Below are positions 18,188 through 29,000 of a stretch of 31,371 nucleotides of DNA, piece after piece. Source of the stretch: a virus (Duplodnaviria; Caudoviricetes); the IMG/VR virus record IMGVR_UViG_3300005261_000049, positions 1 through 31,371 of that record; one strand, given 5' to 3'. The notes under the pieces were generated by a model, which saw nothing but the letters and a program-made list of their open reading frames with translations, did not search any database and was not told the DNA's origin. Position numbers and translations under genes: made by a program. Position 1 is the stretch's first letter; each line of letters starts with the position of its first letter.

Positions 18188-19294
18188 ATGTCGTACACCG
18201 AATTTGGAAAGCTGAGCGAGGCTCAAGTCAAAGTGTGGGCCAAGGATCTGTGGCTCACCGCAAAACACAACTCTTTCGTGAACCGTTTCATGGGCACGGA
18301 CCAGGGCTCGATGATCCAGGTGGTCAAGGAACTGACCAAGACCTCCAAGGGCGACAAAGCCATCATCCAGCTGGTCGGTGACCTGCAAGAAGACGGTGTT
18401 GTCGGTGACAACGAGAGCGAAGGCAACGAAGAAGCGATGCAAGCGCACGTCCAGGAAATCAAGCTGGACATGATCTCGCACGCTGTGATCAACAAGGGCA
18501 AGCTGTCCGACCAGCGCTCTACGATCAATTTCCGCAGCACCGGCAAGAACAGTCTGGCCGAGTGGCTGAGCCAGCGCATTGATGAGCTGGCCATGCTCAC
18601 CGCCGCGGGCATCAGCTATGAGTACAAGACGAATGGCGCCAAGCGCAGCAGCAATTCGCAATTCCCTGTGCTGGAATTTGCGACCGATGTGAAGGCGCCT
18701 ACGTCTGAGCGTGGCCTGATGTGGACCGGCGCTGGCCTGGACTACTCCAGCACCGCCAACATCACGAATGCGTTTGTGCCCAAGTACAACATGATTGTGG
18801 ACTTGGTGACCCGCGCCAAGGAGCAGCGCATTCGCGCCCTGCGCAGTGGCGGCAAGGACTACTACGTGGTTCTGGTGGCTCCTGGCACGCTGGGCGCGCT
18901 CAAGAAAGACCCTGACTACAAGGACGCGCTGGTGGCCTTGGCGTCGCGTGATGGCCAGAACTCGCCCTGGTTCACAGGCGCTACCGTCACCATGGACGGC
19001 GCCGTGATCCATGAGCACAGCGATGTGTTCAACACCAAGGGCGCAGCAGCTGGCGCCAAGTGGGGTGCGGGCGGCAACGTCAACGGCACACGCACCATGC
19101 TGTGCGGCGCTCAAGCGCTGGCCATGCTGGACCTGGGCCTGCCCGACTGGAACGAGAAGTCGTTCAACTACGGCAAGCGCCATGGCATCAACGTGGACAA
19201 GTTCCTGGGCCTGCTGAAGCCTCAGTTCGAGTCGGCAGTGACCGGTGCCGTGGAAGACCACGCCATCCTCACCTGTGACCACTACCTGGCTTAA
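18188..19294 (+). CDS. Major capsid protein, N4-gp56/DUF4043-like family
   Basis: AAAAGG RBS; ELTKTSKGD...GVVGDNESEGNEE; LCGAQALA; position after scaffold; strongly biased codons. Confidence 0.88.
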   Translation: MSYTEFGKLSEAQVKVWAKDLWLTAKHNSFVNRFMGTDQGSMIQVVKELTKTSKGDKAIIQLVGDLQEDGVVGDNESEGNEEAMQAHVQEIKLDMISHAVINKGKLSDQRSTINFRSTGKNSLAEWLSQRIDELAMLTAAGISYEYKTNGAKRSSNSQFPVLEFATDVKAPTSERGLMWTGAGLDYSSTANITNAFVPKYNMIVDLVTRAKEQRIRALRSGGKDYYVVLVAPGTLGALKKDPDYKDALVALASRDGQNSPWFTGATVTMDGAVIHEHSDVFNTKGAAAGAKWGAGGNVNGTRTMLCGAQALAMLDLGLPDWNEKSFNYGKRHGINVDKFLGLLKPQFESAVTGAVEDHAILTCDHYLA

Positions 19295-19366
19295 CCAGGG
19301 CTCCCGCTTAAGGGCGGGGCCTTGGGGCTCCGTCCTTCCTGCAACCATTCTCGAAGGACAAAGATC

Positions 19367-19768
19367 ATGGCCATCAAAAAGATCGCAGCCCGCCAGGAGC
19401 CGCAAGTCGCAATCCTGACCATCAAGCACTCTGACGTGACCGCCTACGGTACTGCAGAGCCCGCCATCGACGTGCCTGGTGGTGCCATCGTCACCGGAGG
19501 CGACATCACCGTGGTGGAGCCTTGGAATAGTGGCACCACGGCCACGCTCAAGCTGGGCGACAAAGCAGATGATGACCGCTACACCGCAGCGGCGGTGGAC
19601 CTGAAAACCGCAGGCCGCACCGCGCTGACCTTGACCGGCCACAAGCACGTTGGCATCGAATCCCTGCAGGCACTGCTTGCCCAAACTGGCGCTGCAGCCA
19701 CCAAGGGTGAAGTGCGCATTACGGTCCAGTACCTCACCGAAGGCCGCGCGACCGCATCGCTGGGCTGA
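19367..19768 (+). CDS. Putative capsid cement/decoration protein
   Basis: Beta-rich, 133 aa, directly after MCP (IDVPGGAIVTGG...WNSGTTATLKLGD...GEVRITVQY). Confidence 0.65.
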   Translation: MAIKKIAARQEPQVAILTIKHSDVTAYGTAEPAIDVPGGAIVTGGDITVVEPWNSGTTATLKLGDKADDDRYTAAAVDLKTAGRTALTLTGHKHVGIESLQALLAQTGAAATKGEVRITVQYLTEGRATASLG

Positions 19769-19783
19769 TCCTGTGTAGTGGAT

Positions 19784-19840
19784 GGCGTTGCTTTAGCGCC
19801 TTTTGTGCCCGGCGCTCTCAATGTGCCGGGCCTTTTCTTT
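19784..19840 (+). terminator. Tandem terminators after the capsid genes
   Basis: GGCGTT-gcttt-AGCGCC-TTTT and GCCCGGCGC-tctcaat-GTGCCGGGC-CTTTTCTTT. Confidence 0.7.
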
Positions 19841-19851
19841 GGGAGCCAACC

Positions 19852-20271
19852 ATGAAGAAACTCTTTTCTCCTTTTCAGCGCGTGATTCCTATTGCTTTGA
19901 CCAGTGGCCACACCTTTGTGGTGACCCAAGAACCGGTGGAAGTGCCCGATATGTACGTCGCTGAGGCCGTGGCCCGCGGCGCTGTTGAGGCTCAGGATGG
20001 TGAGCAGTCTGCCCCGGTTGTTCAAGCCGCCGCAGCGCAGGAAGAAGGGCTGACAACCCAAGCGACCGCTGGACTAGTCGCTGAAGAGCTGTCGTTGCTG
20101 CGCGCTGCCAAGATCGCACAAGCCCTGAACGGCATGCTGGATGGTGCCAATGAGGCAGATTTCACCGAAGGCGGCAAACCGCAATTGGCGCGTGTGAAGG
20201 CACTGGTGGGCTTTGCGGTGACCCGCGCTGAGGTTGATGCTGCCTGGGCAGAAGTCAGCGCAGCCGTCTAA
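19852..20271 (+). CDS. Hypothetical head-module protein
   Basis: GGGAG RBS; C-terminal DFTEGGKPQLARVKALVGFAVTRAEVDAAW. Confidence 0.75.
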   Translation: MKKLFSPFQRVIPIALTSGHTFVVTQEPVEVPDMYVAEAVARGAVEAQDGEQSAPVVQAAAAQEEGLTTQATAGLVAEELSLLRAAKIAQALNGMLDGANEADFTEGGKPQLARVKALVGFAVTRAEVDAAWAEVSAAV

Positions 20272-20289
20272 GCCCAAGGGAGTGCAGCC

Positions 20290-20961
20290 ATGCGATTGAA
20301 GCAAATGCTGGAAATCTTCCGCGCCGAGCTGGGCGATGTCCAGGAGCCTTACCTTTGGCAAGACTCGGAGCTGGTGTACTACCTCAATCAGGCAGTGCAA
20401 GAAGCGTGTGAGCGGGCACTTTTGATTGAAGACCGCAGCACCCCTGCGGCGTGTCATGTGGCTGTCCAAGCTGGAGTGGACACCTACAACCTGCACCCGA
20501 GCGTGCTCAAGGTCAAGCGCGCCAGCTACGAAGGCCGCCTACTGACGGAAACCAGCATCGAGGCGATGGACGCCGAGTCCGGCAACTGGGAAGTGCGCAC
20601 GGGGCAGCCCACGCGCTTCATTTTGGAGGCCCCTGTGGGTGGCCGCGCGGCACGTCTCCGTCTGGTACCCACGCCAGCCGCAGCTGGCCAGGTCAGCCTG
20701 ACGGTCTACCGCGGCGCTCTCAAGCTGCTGCAGGCGCAGTGCTTGAGCGACGAACCAGAGGTGCCAGTGTCTTTGCGCGATGGTCTCAAACATTGGGTGT
20801 ATCGCTGCGCCTTGCTCAAGCACGACGCCGATACCCAAAACGCTGTGCGCGCCTCCGAACATGAGGGGATTTTCTCCGGTATCTTTGGTATCAAAGTGGA
20901 TGCCAATACCGCGCGAAAGCGCAGCGATCGTCAGCCTCCGATTGTTCGTTGCGCATGGTGA
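20290..20961 (+). CDS. Podoviral-type head-to-tail adaptor (DUF6682-like)
   Basis: PYLWQDSELVYYLNQAVQEACER; DEPEVP...GLKHWVYRCALLKHDAD. Confidence 0.75.
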   Translation: MRLKQMLEIFRAELGDVQEPYLWQDSELVYYLNQAVQEACERALLIEDRSTPAACHVAVQAGVDTYNLHPSVLKVKRASYEGRLLTETSIEAMDAESGNWEVRTGQPTRFILEAPVGGRAARLRLVPTPAAAGQVSLTVYRGALKLLQAQCLSDEPEVPVSLRDGLKHWVYRCALLKHDADTQNAVRASEHEGIFSGIFGIKVDANTARKRSDRQPPIVRCAW

Positions 20962-20967
20962 GTGCTT

Positions 20968-21011
20968 CCCCCCGCTAAGGCTGGTTTCCACCTGTAAACC
21001 TCTGAAGAATT
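20968..21011 (+). promoter_or_regulatory. Conserved promoter-like motif, copy 4 (upstream of ejection genes)
   Basis: CCCCCCGCTAAGGCT (T at 20976); AAGAATT at +29. Confidence 0.65.
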
Positions 21012-21076
21012 CCAAATATCTTCAGGGGTTTACGTGTTTTTGGCCCTTGAAATGCAGCAACTTCAAGGAGCCTTCA

Positions 21077-23041
21077 ATGCCCTCACCACAAATGACAGGC
21101 AAACAGCGTTTGCTTGCTTTAGCAGCGGGGCAAGTGCCCCACAGCCGCAAGCCAGCTCAAGACCTGCGCGCCCATGGCGGCAAGATCAAAGGGCCCGGCA
21201 CCCCGACCTCTGACTCTGTGGACGCCAAGCTGTCCAAGGGCGAGTTTGTCTTGCCGGCCGACACCACCAGCAAGGTGGGCGTGCGCCGATTGAAGCAACT
21301 GGTGGCCGCTACGCACCAGCCCACAGGCAAGAAGCGCAAGCCCCATCACTATGCAGATGGTGGTCCGGTTGAGGATGAACAGGACAAACTGCGAAAAGCG
21401 GCCAGCGCTCCTGCTGCCACCGCACCTGCACCGGCCGCGACACCTGCACCACCTCCCGCCGAGCAGCCCAAAACCTTCACGCGTGACGAGCTGATCGCCA
21501 AGATCCCCGTCGATACCGAGTATGAAGCGCCGCCACGGCAAGCCACGGGGATGCTGGACAGTCTCAAGCAAACCGAAGTGGGCCGCCAGGTCTACAACAC
21601 GGCCATGGCCTTGCCTGGTGTGGGTGGTGTCGGCCGCGCAGCTGCGACGGGCGGAGCCATCAGCACGGGCGTGAACCGCCTGGCAGCCATGGCCAATACC
21701 ACCGGGAATCTGGCTGCAGGTGACGGCGCCGCACGTGAAGCAGTGACCATGGGGGCGGACTATGCGCGCAATTTCCCGGTGAGCGAAGCGCAGGCAGGCA
21801 CGCTGCCTGCCGGCGACAAGGCAGCCGGCCCCGCGGTAGACGCGCCCGCCGCAGGTCCATCGCAGCAAGCTCCCGGCAGTCAGGCACCTGGTACGCCCTC
21901 CGAGTCCCAAGCCTCCGCCTCATCTGCGCCCCAAGTCGCGCCCGGTGTCTACCAGCATGGCCGTGGCCAGTTCAGCGACCGCCCCAGTGATATGGGGTTT
22001 GCCTCTGGCTTCACCGGCCAGCCCAGCACCGCCGACCAGCAGCGCGCAGCCGCTGTGGCTCAAACCCAGAGCCCTGTGGCTGCATGGGCACAAACGCAAC
22101 AGGCACCAGCAGCAGGTGCGCAGCAGACGCGAAGCCCCGTGGGTATGACGGTGCAAGAAGCACAGGCGGCCGGCTTGATCGGTGAGCGTGTCGGCTATGA
22201 CCCCGCGTATGACCAGCGCCTGAACCCCTCAGAGCGCATGGGCCCAGTGGTCGGAGAGGGGGAGGATACGTCTGCCAGCAGCCCTGCAGCCAGCAAGCCG
22301 CGCGAGAGCTGGACGGATTTTGCCAACCGCATGATTGCCATGGAAAAGGGCATTCAGCCCAGCAACACCCCCCAGATGCGCCGCCCAACGGCCGTGCACA
22401 GTGGCAACGACTGGAACGCGCGTCAGGCGCTGGATCGCCTGAAGATGGCTGCCAATGGCATTTATCGGACCAAGGCCGAGAAAAATGTCGCGCAAGAGGC
22501 GTACATGAAAGGCTTGCTGGCTGATCAGGCCGCAATCTCAGGGCAGGCCGCATTGGATGTGGATGCCATGAAGACCAATGCTGGCCTTGAGCGCGAGAAC
22601 ATGGGCCAGCAAGGGGCCAACAGCCGTGCGCAACTTCAGGAAACCGGTGCGAACCGCCGCGAGGGTGTGCGCAGCGTGGCGGAAATGGCCAAGTTCGACC
22701 GCGAAACCGAAGAGCACAACCTGCGCGTGCGCGGCATGCAGCGTCTGGATCGGGTTCAGACCGAGCTGGAGAAGGCGCAGACCCCAGAGCAGGTATCGAG
22801 CGCTCGCGCCCGTTTGCTGGCCTTGCATGGCCGTACCGCTCAAGAGCAGGGCCGCTGGCGTAGCGGTAACGACCAAAACGGTAACCCTTTCCTCTACAAC
22901 GAGACCACGGCCGAAACCCTCACTCCAGGAGTTTCGCAACCCCGAGCAAAGCCCAATGAGGGCTCTTACGTGCGCGGCCCTGATGGCCGCCAGTACGTTG
23001 TACGCAATGGCAAGCCTGAATTGGTGGAAGGTGGTAAGTGA
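21077..23041 (+). CDS. Putative internal virion/ejection protein
   Basis: AAGGAG RBS; A/Q/P-rich; N-terminal GGKIKGPGTPTSDSV...LSKGEFVLPAD; overlaps start of the giant gene. Confidence 0.65.
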   Translation: MPSPQMTGKQRLLALAAGQVPHSRKPAQDLRAHGGKIKGPGTPTSDSVDAKLSKGEFVLPADTTSKVGVRRLKQLVAATHQPTGKKRKPHHYADGGPVEDEQDKLRKAASAPAATAPAPAATPAPPPAEQPKTFTRDELIAKIPVDTEYEAPPRQATGMLDSLKQTEVGRQVYNTAMALPGVGGVGRAAATGGAISTGVNRLAAMANTTGNLAAGDGAAREAVTMGADYARNFPVSEAQAGTLPAGDKAAGPAVDAPAAGPSQQAPGSQAPGTPSESQASASSAPQVAPGVYQHGRGQFSDRPSDMGFASGFTGQPSTADQQRAAAVAQTQSPVAAWAQTQQAPAAGAQQTRSPVGMTVQEAQAAGLIGERVGYDPAYDQRLNPSERMGPVVGEGEDTSASSPAASKPRESWTDFANRMIAMEKGIQPSNTPQMRRPTAVHSGNDWNARQALDRLKMAANGIYRTKAEKNVAQEAYMKGLLADQAAISGQAALDVDAMKTNAGLERENMGQQGANSRAQLQETGANRREGVRSVAEMAKFDRETEEHNLRVRGMQRLDRVQTELEKAQTPEQVSSARARLLALHGRTAQEQGRWRSGNDQNGNPFLYNETTAETLTPGVSQPRAKPNEGSYVRGPDGRQYVVRNGKPELVEGGK

Positions 23042-26000
23042 TGGCCGAATCTCAAATGCAATCCAGCAACCGCTTCAGCCAACAGCCGGCCTCCCAAGAG
23101 CAGGAAATCGACTGGAGCCAGTTCACCCCTATCCCCAAGGCCACCGGGCTGCAGCGCCTCAAGGACATTGGGGCATCGTTTGCCAGTGGTGCCGTGGGTG
23201 CAACCAAGGCTATCTCAGATGCTGCGGGTGCCGACAATGCTGTGTCGGCCGGGCTGGGCCGCATGCAGGATGCCACGCAAAGCTGGATCAGCCCTGAGCG
23301 CCAGGCTGAGCAGGAGCGCCGTGCTGCGACCATCCAGGCTGCCGAGAAAGGTGATAGCCGTCTGCGCGAAATTGGCGCGCAGCTGGGAGGAATTGCAGAA
23401 GCCCCTGTCAGCACGTTTGCGCAAGCTGCGGGCTCTGTGGTGCCAGTGGTGGCTAGCATGCTGGCCACCCGTGGGCGCGCCCCTGCAGCTTTGGTGGGCA
23501 CCACGTTGGGCGTGGCCCAGGGTGCCGGCGCCGTCAAGGGCAGCATCCATGAGGCCGTGAAAGATGAGCACTTGCAGGCCGGAGCTACCGAAGAAGCTGC
23601 CAGTGCCGCCGCAGAAAAGGCGCAAGCCTATGGCGGTAACAACACGAGACAGATCGCTCTGGGTGGGGCGTTGGGTGGCTTGGCCGCCCGATTTGGCGTG
23701 GAAGGCATGTTGGCCCGCAGCATGGCTGGGCGCGCCGCCGCTGGTGGTGCTTCTGCGCTGGGCCGCATCGGTGTGGGCGCTGTGTCTGAGGGAGCCCCCG
23801 AGTTGGTGCAAGGTGGCCAGGAGCGTCTGGCAGCCAACCTGGCACTGCAAAACGAAGGGTTTGACACTCCCACATGGCAGGGCGTAGCAGGGCAGGCCGT
23901 GGCGGAAGGTGTGGCCGGCACCATGCTGGGCGGTGTCACCAATGCCTTTGCCCACGGACAACCCCGGCAGAGCGAACCTCAGACCCCGAGCGATCCACCC
24001 ACCGCTGCAGGAGCCCCCGCCGAACCGACTGTGCAGGAGGCCGCCCCTGCAGTCGCCGCACAAGCGTCCACCATTGATCCTGACGACAACCCAGAAACAG
24101 GGATTGATCCCGAGCTGTCGCCCGCGGCCCAACCGGGCATCGACCCTGCTGCCGGCCCGCTGTCGCGCAATGTGGCCAAGGAGATGGAGCGTGGGGCCAT
24201 GCCAGGGGGGCAGGCCACACCTGCGCCGCGCCCCATCCATGAACGCATCCAGGATCTGCCCGATCAGGAGCGCACGCAGGCGATCATCCTGGCCGACGAG
24301 ATCAACAACCTGGACAACCCGGAGGGCGTACGCCAGTTTCGCCGTACGGAGCTGGACAGCTTGCTGCAGCAGCATGAACAGCAGGTCGCAGCCGATGGTC
24401 CCATCTCCCGCAACCTGTCGGCCCACCGTCCGAGCACGGCACTGGCCACCAGCGCGTTGACCGAAGACGATCCCGCCGATTGGCACAAGGTTTACCGCCG
24501 CAACCCCGTGGGCGTGCCCTATCAGAGCGCCGGCAACCCGCTGGCCGATGCGCAGCAGGCGGTGCGCCAGAGCACCGAATACACGGACCCCCAGCGCGTG
24601 CAGGCCGTGCGCGGCGAACTGGAAGATGCTTGGCTGGCACTGAATGTGAGCAATGAGCCTGTCTCGCAGCAGGAGACCCTCAGCGCGCCTGTCAATCGCG
24701 GCGACATCACCCCAGAGATTGACGCTCGGGTGCGCGCCGGCCGTGTGGTCAGCGGGGTGCGCAACGCCTTTGAAGGCGGTGCCCCCAACACCCTGCGCGT
24801 GATCCAAAGCGTGAATCAGGCGCTGCGCAACATTGGTGAGCAGTCGCTGACACAGGACGAGATTGCCCGTATTCGCCGGGTTGCCGATGCGCGCACGGCC
24901 TTCATGGGCCTGAACTTGCCCGCGGCATTGCCTGAAGACCTTGTGCAGCAAGTCGTACCAGCGGATGCTATGGCCGATAACAGCGCCATGGAGGCGCTGA
25001 TTCCCGAACGCCACTCCAAGCAGCAACGTGCGCAAGCACCCGCCAATTTGATGCGGGCAAATCCCGTAAGAAACCAAAACGCGTTTCAAACGCAGGTGGC
25101 TGCAGCACCAGGGGCTCCAAACCCTGCATTCGAGGGCTCTTCTGTTGCAAACGGAGAAGCAGCAGCGGCAGCGGAAACCGTGGTGGCTGACGGGGGCCAA
25201 ATCGCCCAAATTGATCCGAAAAGCCGCATGGAGACTGGGTTTGACGGTGGTGGCCAAAACGCTGTTCAAGCGCCGATGGCGACCGCCTCCGCATCGCCAC
25301 AGGCCCAGCTACAGCGCCAGGAATGGCGTGACGCTGAAAAGCGCCGCCGCGCTCCCGGCAACCGCGCCCGCTCCAATGCGTATGACGCCAATCCTTTCAA
25401 GGCTTTCTTGGGCAAGCATGGAGTGACCGTTGACCATCGTGCGGACTTTGCTCCTGGTGCAACTGAGCAACGCCAGGCCATGGTGCCGGGCTATGGCCCG
25501 ATCTTCCGCCGTACAGGTAAGCAGCTGGACGAGCTGGCACAGGCCGCCTACGAGGAAGGCTTTATTGCCACACCCGATGATGTGCAGGTGCAAGACCTGA
25601 TCAGCCGGGTGCTGCGCGGTGAGCGCGTGATTGCGGAATATTCGGCAGATGCGGTGCAAGCTGAGATGGACAGTCTCATTGCCGAGCAGATGGCCATGGC
25701 GGAAATGGAAACCGCACAGACAGACCCCGCATCGCTGGACTTTGACGAGGATGTGGCTTTGGCGCACCTGGCCGACATTTCTGACGCATCCACTTTTGAG
25801 ATACTGGACGCAGACATTCCTTGGGATGCCGAGCCCAGCAACACAACCACCGAGGCTGCTATGCGCGCCTTGGGCTTTACCGAAGAGGAAATTCAAGATG
25901 CCATTGCCCAAGAACCCAGCCGAGCGCAAGAAGTTGGCCAAGGCCGTCGCCTCGCTGATGAGTCTGCCACCCAAGCAACGCAAGGCAGTGATGGCAGAGC

Positions 26001-29000
26001 ACCTGAAGCGCCGGGGGCTGGAGCAGCCGACACAGCGCTGAGCACCTATACCCGCGAAGAAGTTCTTTCCCGTCAGTCCGAGCAAGAGCGTGCACAGTCC
26101 GAGCAAGCCCGTGCTGACCTTCAAGCCGCGCGCCGCGAGCAGGCTGACCGCGAGCGTCCCGAGTTCATCCTGACCGGCAGTGACCGCAACGCGGACGCAA
26201 ATCCCAACCAAGGGGACATCTTCAGCCCGTCTAACGCTATCAATAATGAAGTTGGTAGCGCACGCCAGCCAATAAAGCATTCGCAAAAGGAAAGCAAAAG
26301 CAGCAACGCCAAACGGCAAGCAGCTACTCAAAAAGTAGCGCAACGTGCCGTTCAGCGCATCGAGGACGTGGGCGAAAAGATTGGTGGAGCCCGTAAGGAC
26401 GTGTGGACTGGCTTCCGTGAGGATCTGCGCGTCGTGGCTGACGACCAGATCAAGGTGCAGCCCCTGTCCAAGGTCTGGCCCAGCACCGATTACCAAAAGC
26501 TGATCGATGCCGGAGCTGGTGCGGATGCCGTGGCCATGGTGCGTGCCCTGCGGGACGCTGTGGAGACCAAGCCGCGCCAGAGCTGGAAGGTAAGCCGCTG
26601 GGCCGATCAGGTGAAGGTGCTGCGCAGTTTCGCCACCGACTTGCTGGATGGCAAGGTCAATGTGGCTGCCTTGAAAGCCGATATTGGGAAGCTATCGAGC
26701 CGCTCCCTGCGGGACGTGCTGGGCCGCGCTGAACTGTATGAAGCGGTGGGGCATGGCAAGAGCCTGGAGGGCATCACCTTTGGAGAGCACCACTATTCGC
26801 TGTACCGTGGCCGTGAGAACGTGCACCTGTGGGCCGTGGAGCAAGGGGCCAAGGGCGGCACCTTCGGCAACTGGCCCCGCGAAATTGCCACTGGGGAAAC
26901 CAAAGAGGCTGCCCTGGAGGCGTTCAAGAAGGCGTATGCCAACCTGGACAGCACCAAGGAAAAGAAGGCCGCGTCCTTCGACATCATCACCGAGCAGTTC
27001 TCGAGCGATTACTTCGTGGGCAAGAAGATGGGCCGCACCTATGCCAAGCTGGCTGGACCCTTCAAAACCACCCGGGAGGCCCGCGCCTACCGTGACGGCA
27101 ACGAGGCCGAGCTGCTGAAGTCCCTGGAGGTGTTCAAGCAGATCCCGCAGGAGCGTGAAGACACTAACCGCCCCCGCGTGGGTCAGGACTATCGCCAGGG
27201 CCAGGACGTAAACCCCTCACAGTTCCGCGAAACCTTCGGCTTCCGAGGTGTGGAGTTTGGCAACTGGGTGGAGCAGGGCAAGCGTCAGCAGGAGCTCAAT
27301 GATGCCTATGACGCGCTGATGGATCTGGCGGCAGTGTTGCAGTTGCCGGCCAAAGCCATGTCACTCAATGGTGAGCTGGGCATGGCCTTCGGTGCCCGCG
27401 GCATGGGTGGTGTGGGGGCCTTCAAGGCCCACTATGAGCCTGGCAAGGTGGTGATCAACCTGACCAAGCGCACGGGTGCTGGGAGTTTGGGCCACGAGTG
27501 GTGGCATGCCGTGGACAACTACTTCTCGCGGATGCGCAGCAGTGCGAATGGCTACATGACCGACAGCAGCGACGTGAAGGCCGCTGCGAATGGTGCCAAA
27601 TACTTTCCGCGCGGGGAGGGCGTGCGCCCGGCCATGATCGAAGCCTTTGGCGCTGTGATGCGTGCCATCAACGCCACCGCCTTGCGCGCCCGCTCGGCCA
27701 AGCTGGATGAGCGTCGCACCAAGGACTATTGGTCCACTGACATCGAACTGAGCGCTCGCGCCTTTGAGAGCTATCTGATCGGCAAGCTGCAGGACCAAAA
27801 CGCCAGCAACGACTATCTGGCCAACGTAGTGAGTCCCAAGGCATGGGAGGCAGCTGCGACGGTGGGTTTACGCCAGGATGATGCCTATCCTTACCCAACA
27901 GCGGACGAGATCCAGGCCATTCGCGCCGGCTTTGACCACTTCTTCCAGACTGTGGAAACCCGTGAGACGGATCATGGCCTAGCGCTTTTTAGCAGCCGCA
28001 CCACGCCGCCCGAGTCCAAGCTTTCGCTGGAGCGTGTGCAGCAGATTGTGCAAACGGCCCTTCGGGGCATCCCCGGTTCGCCACCAGTCCACGTCGTGCA
28101 CGGCCCCGCTGACCTCGGTTTGGTCGTTGCGGGAGAGGACGTGCATTCGGGCGTCACCCTCCGCAGTGGGGACATTTACGTGTTTCAGTCCGGAGTAGGG
28201 TCTGAACTCGATGTGCTTAAGACGGTCTTTCATGAGTTGTTCCATCGTGGCTTGCGAAACGTTCTGCCTGCTGATCAGTATGTGCAGACTATGCTGGATC
28301 TGGCTAAGCGTGATGATCGGGTCCAATCCTACGCGAATGCTTGGAAGGGCCTGCCAGTGGCTGCCGAGCAACGTGCGGAGCTGGCCAAGATGGGATTTGC
28401 TGGCAGTGAGCTGCAGGCCCGCTTTGAAGCCCTGGCCATTGAGGAAGGGCTGGCCGTTGTGGCCGAAGAACTCAAAGCCGAGAAGCAAGCTGGCACCCGC
28501 TCACTGCGCTTGCGTTCCCTGACGACGTGGCTGGCCAGTATTGCCGACAAGCTGGGTCTGACCAGTGTGGCCAACGCCATCCGCCGCATGAGCTACAACG
28601 AGGCTGAGCGCTTCGTACTGTCTGCGATTGATGCATCTGGCCAGGCCGTGGCCACCGCCCACACCACCACCAACCCAGCCGCGGACGTGAACAAGATGCG
28701 CACGGCCGCCCCGCAAGAGGTGGCGAAGGTGGTGGGGGACACCCTCAAGGGCATGACCGTGCAGAACCTGCGCAAGCAGGCCGGCTTCAAGGTGACTGAT
28801 TACATGGGCATTGGCTTGCAGTTCCTGGGCCGCCGCCAGTTGACAGAGGTTTACAGCCCGATCCTGCCCCAGCTCAAGCGCTACAGCGACCTGATGGCAC
28901 GCATGGATGCGGACAAGAACGAAGCCGGTGCTGGTGCGGACGAGCTGGCCACCGAATGGGGCAAGCTTAAGGACGAGACCGCCCTGGCAGAGCTGATGCA

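Noticed and set aside
19301-19320. CTCCCGCTTAAGGGCGGGGC as a fifth promoter motif
   Set aside because: Lacks the RARAMTT hexamer at +29; better explained as a hairpin after the MCP stop
20780-21076. N-terminal extension of the ejection protein given in the ORF track (similarly 18098 for MCP)
   Set aside because: Overlaps the adaptor gene and the promoter motif; a strong RBS supports ATG 21077 (and 18188 for MCP)
25227-25249. AAAGCCGCATGGAGACTGGGTTT resembling 8099-8121
   Set aside because: Only a loose short match; chance similarity cannot be excluded
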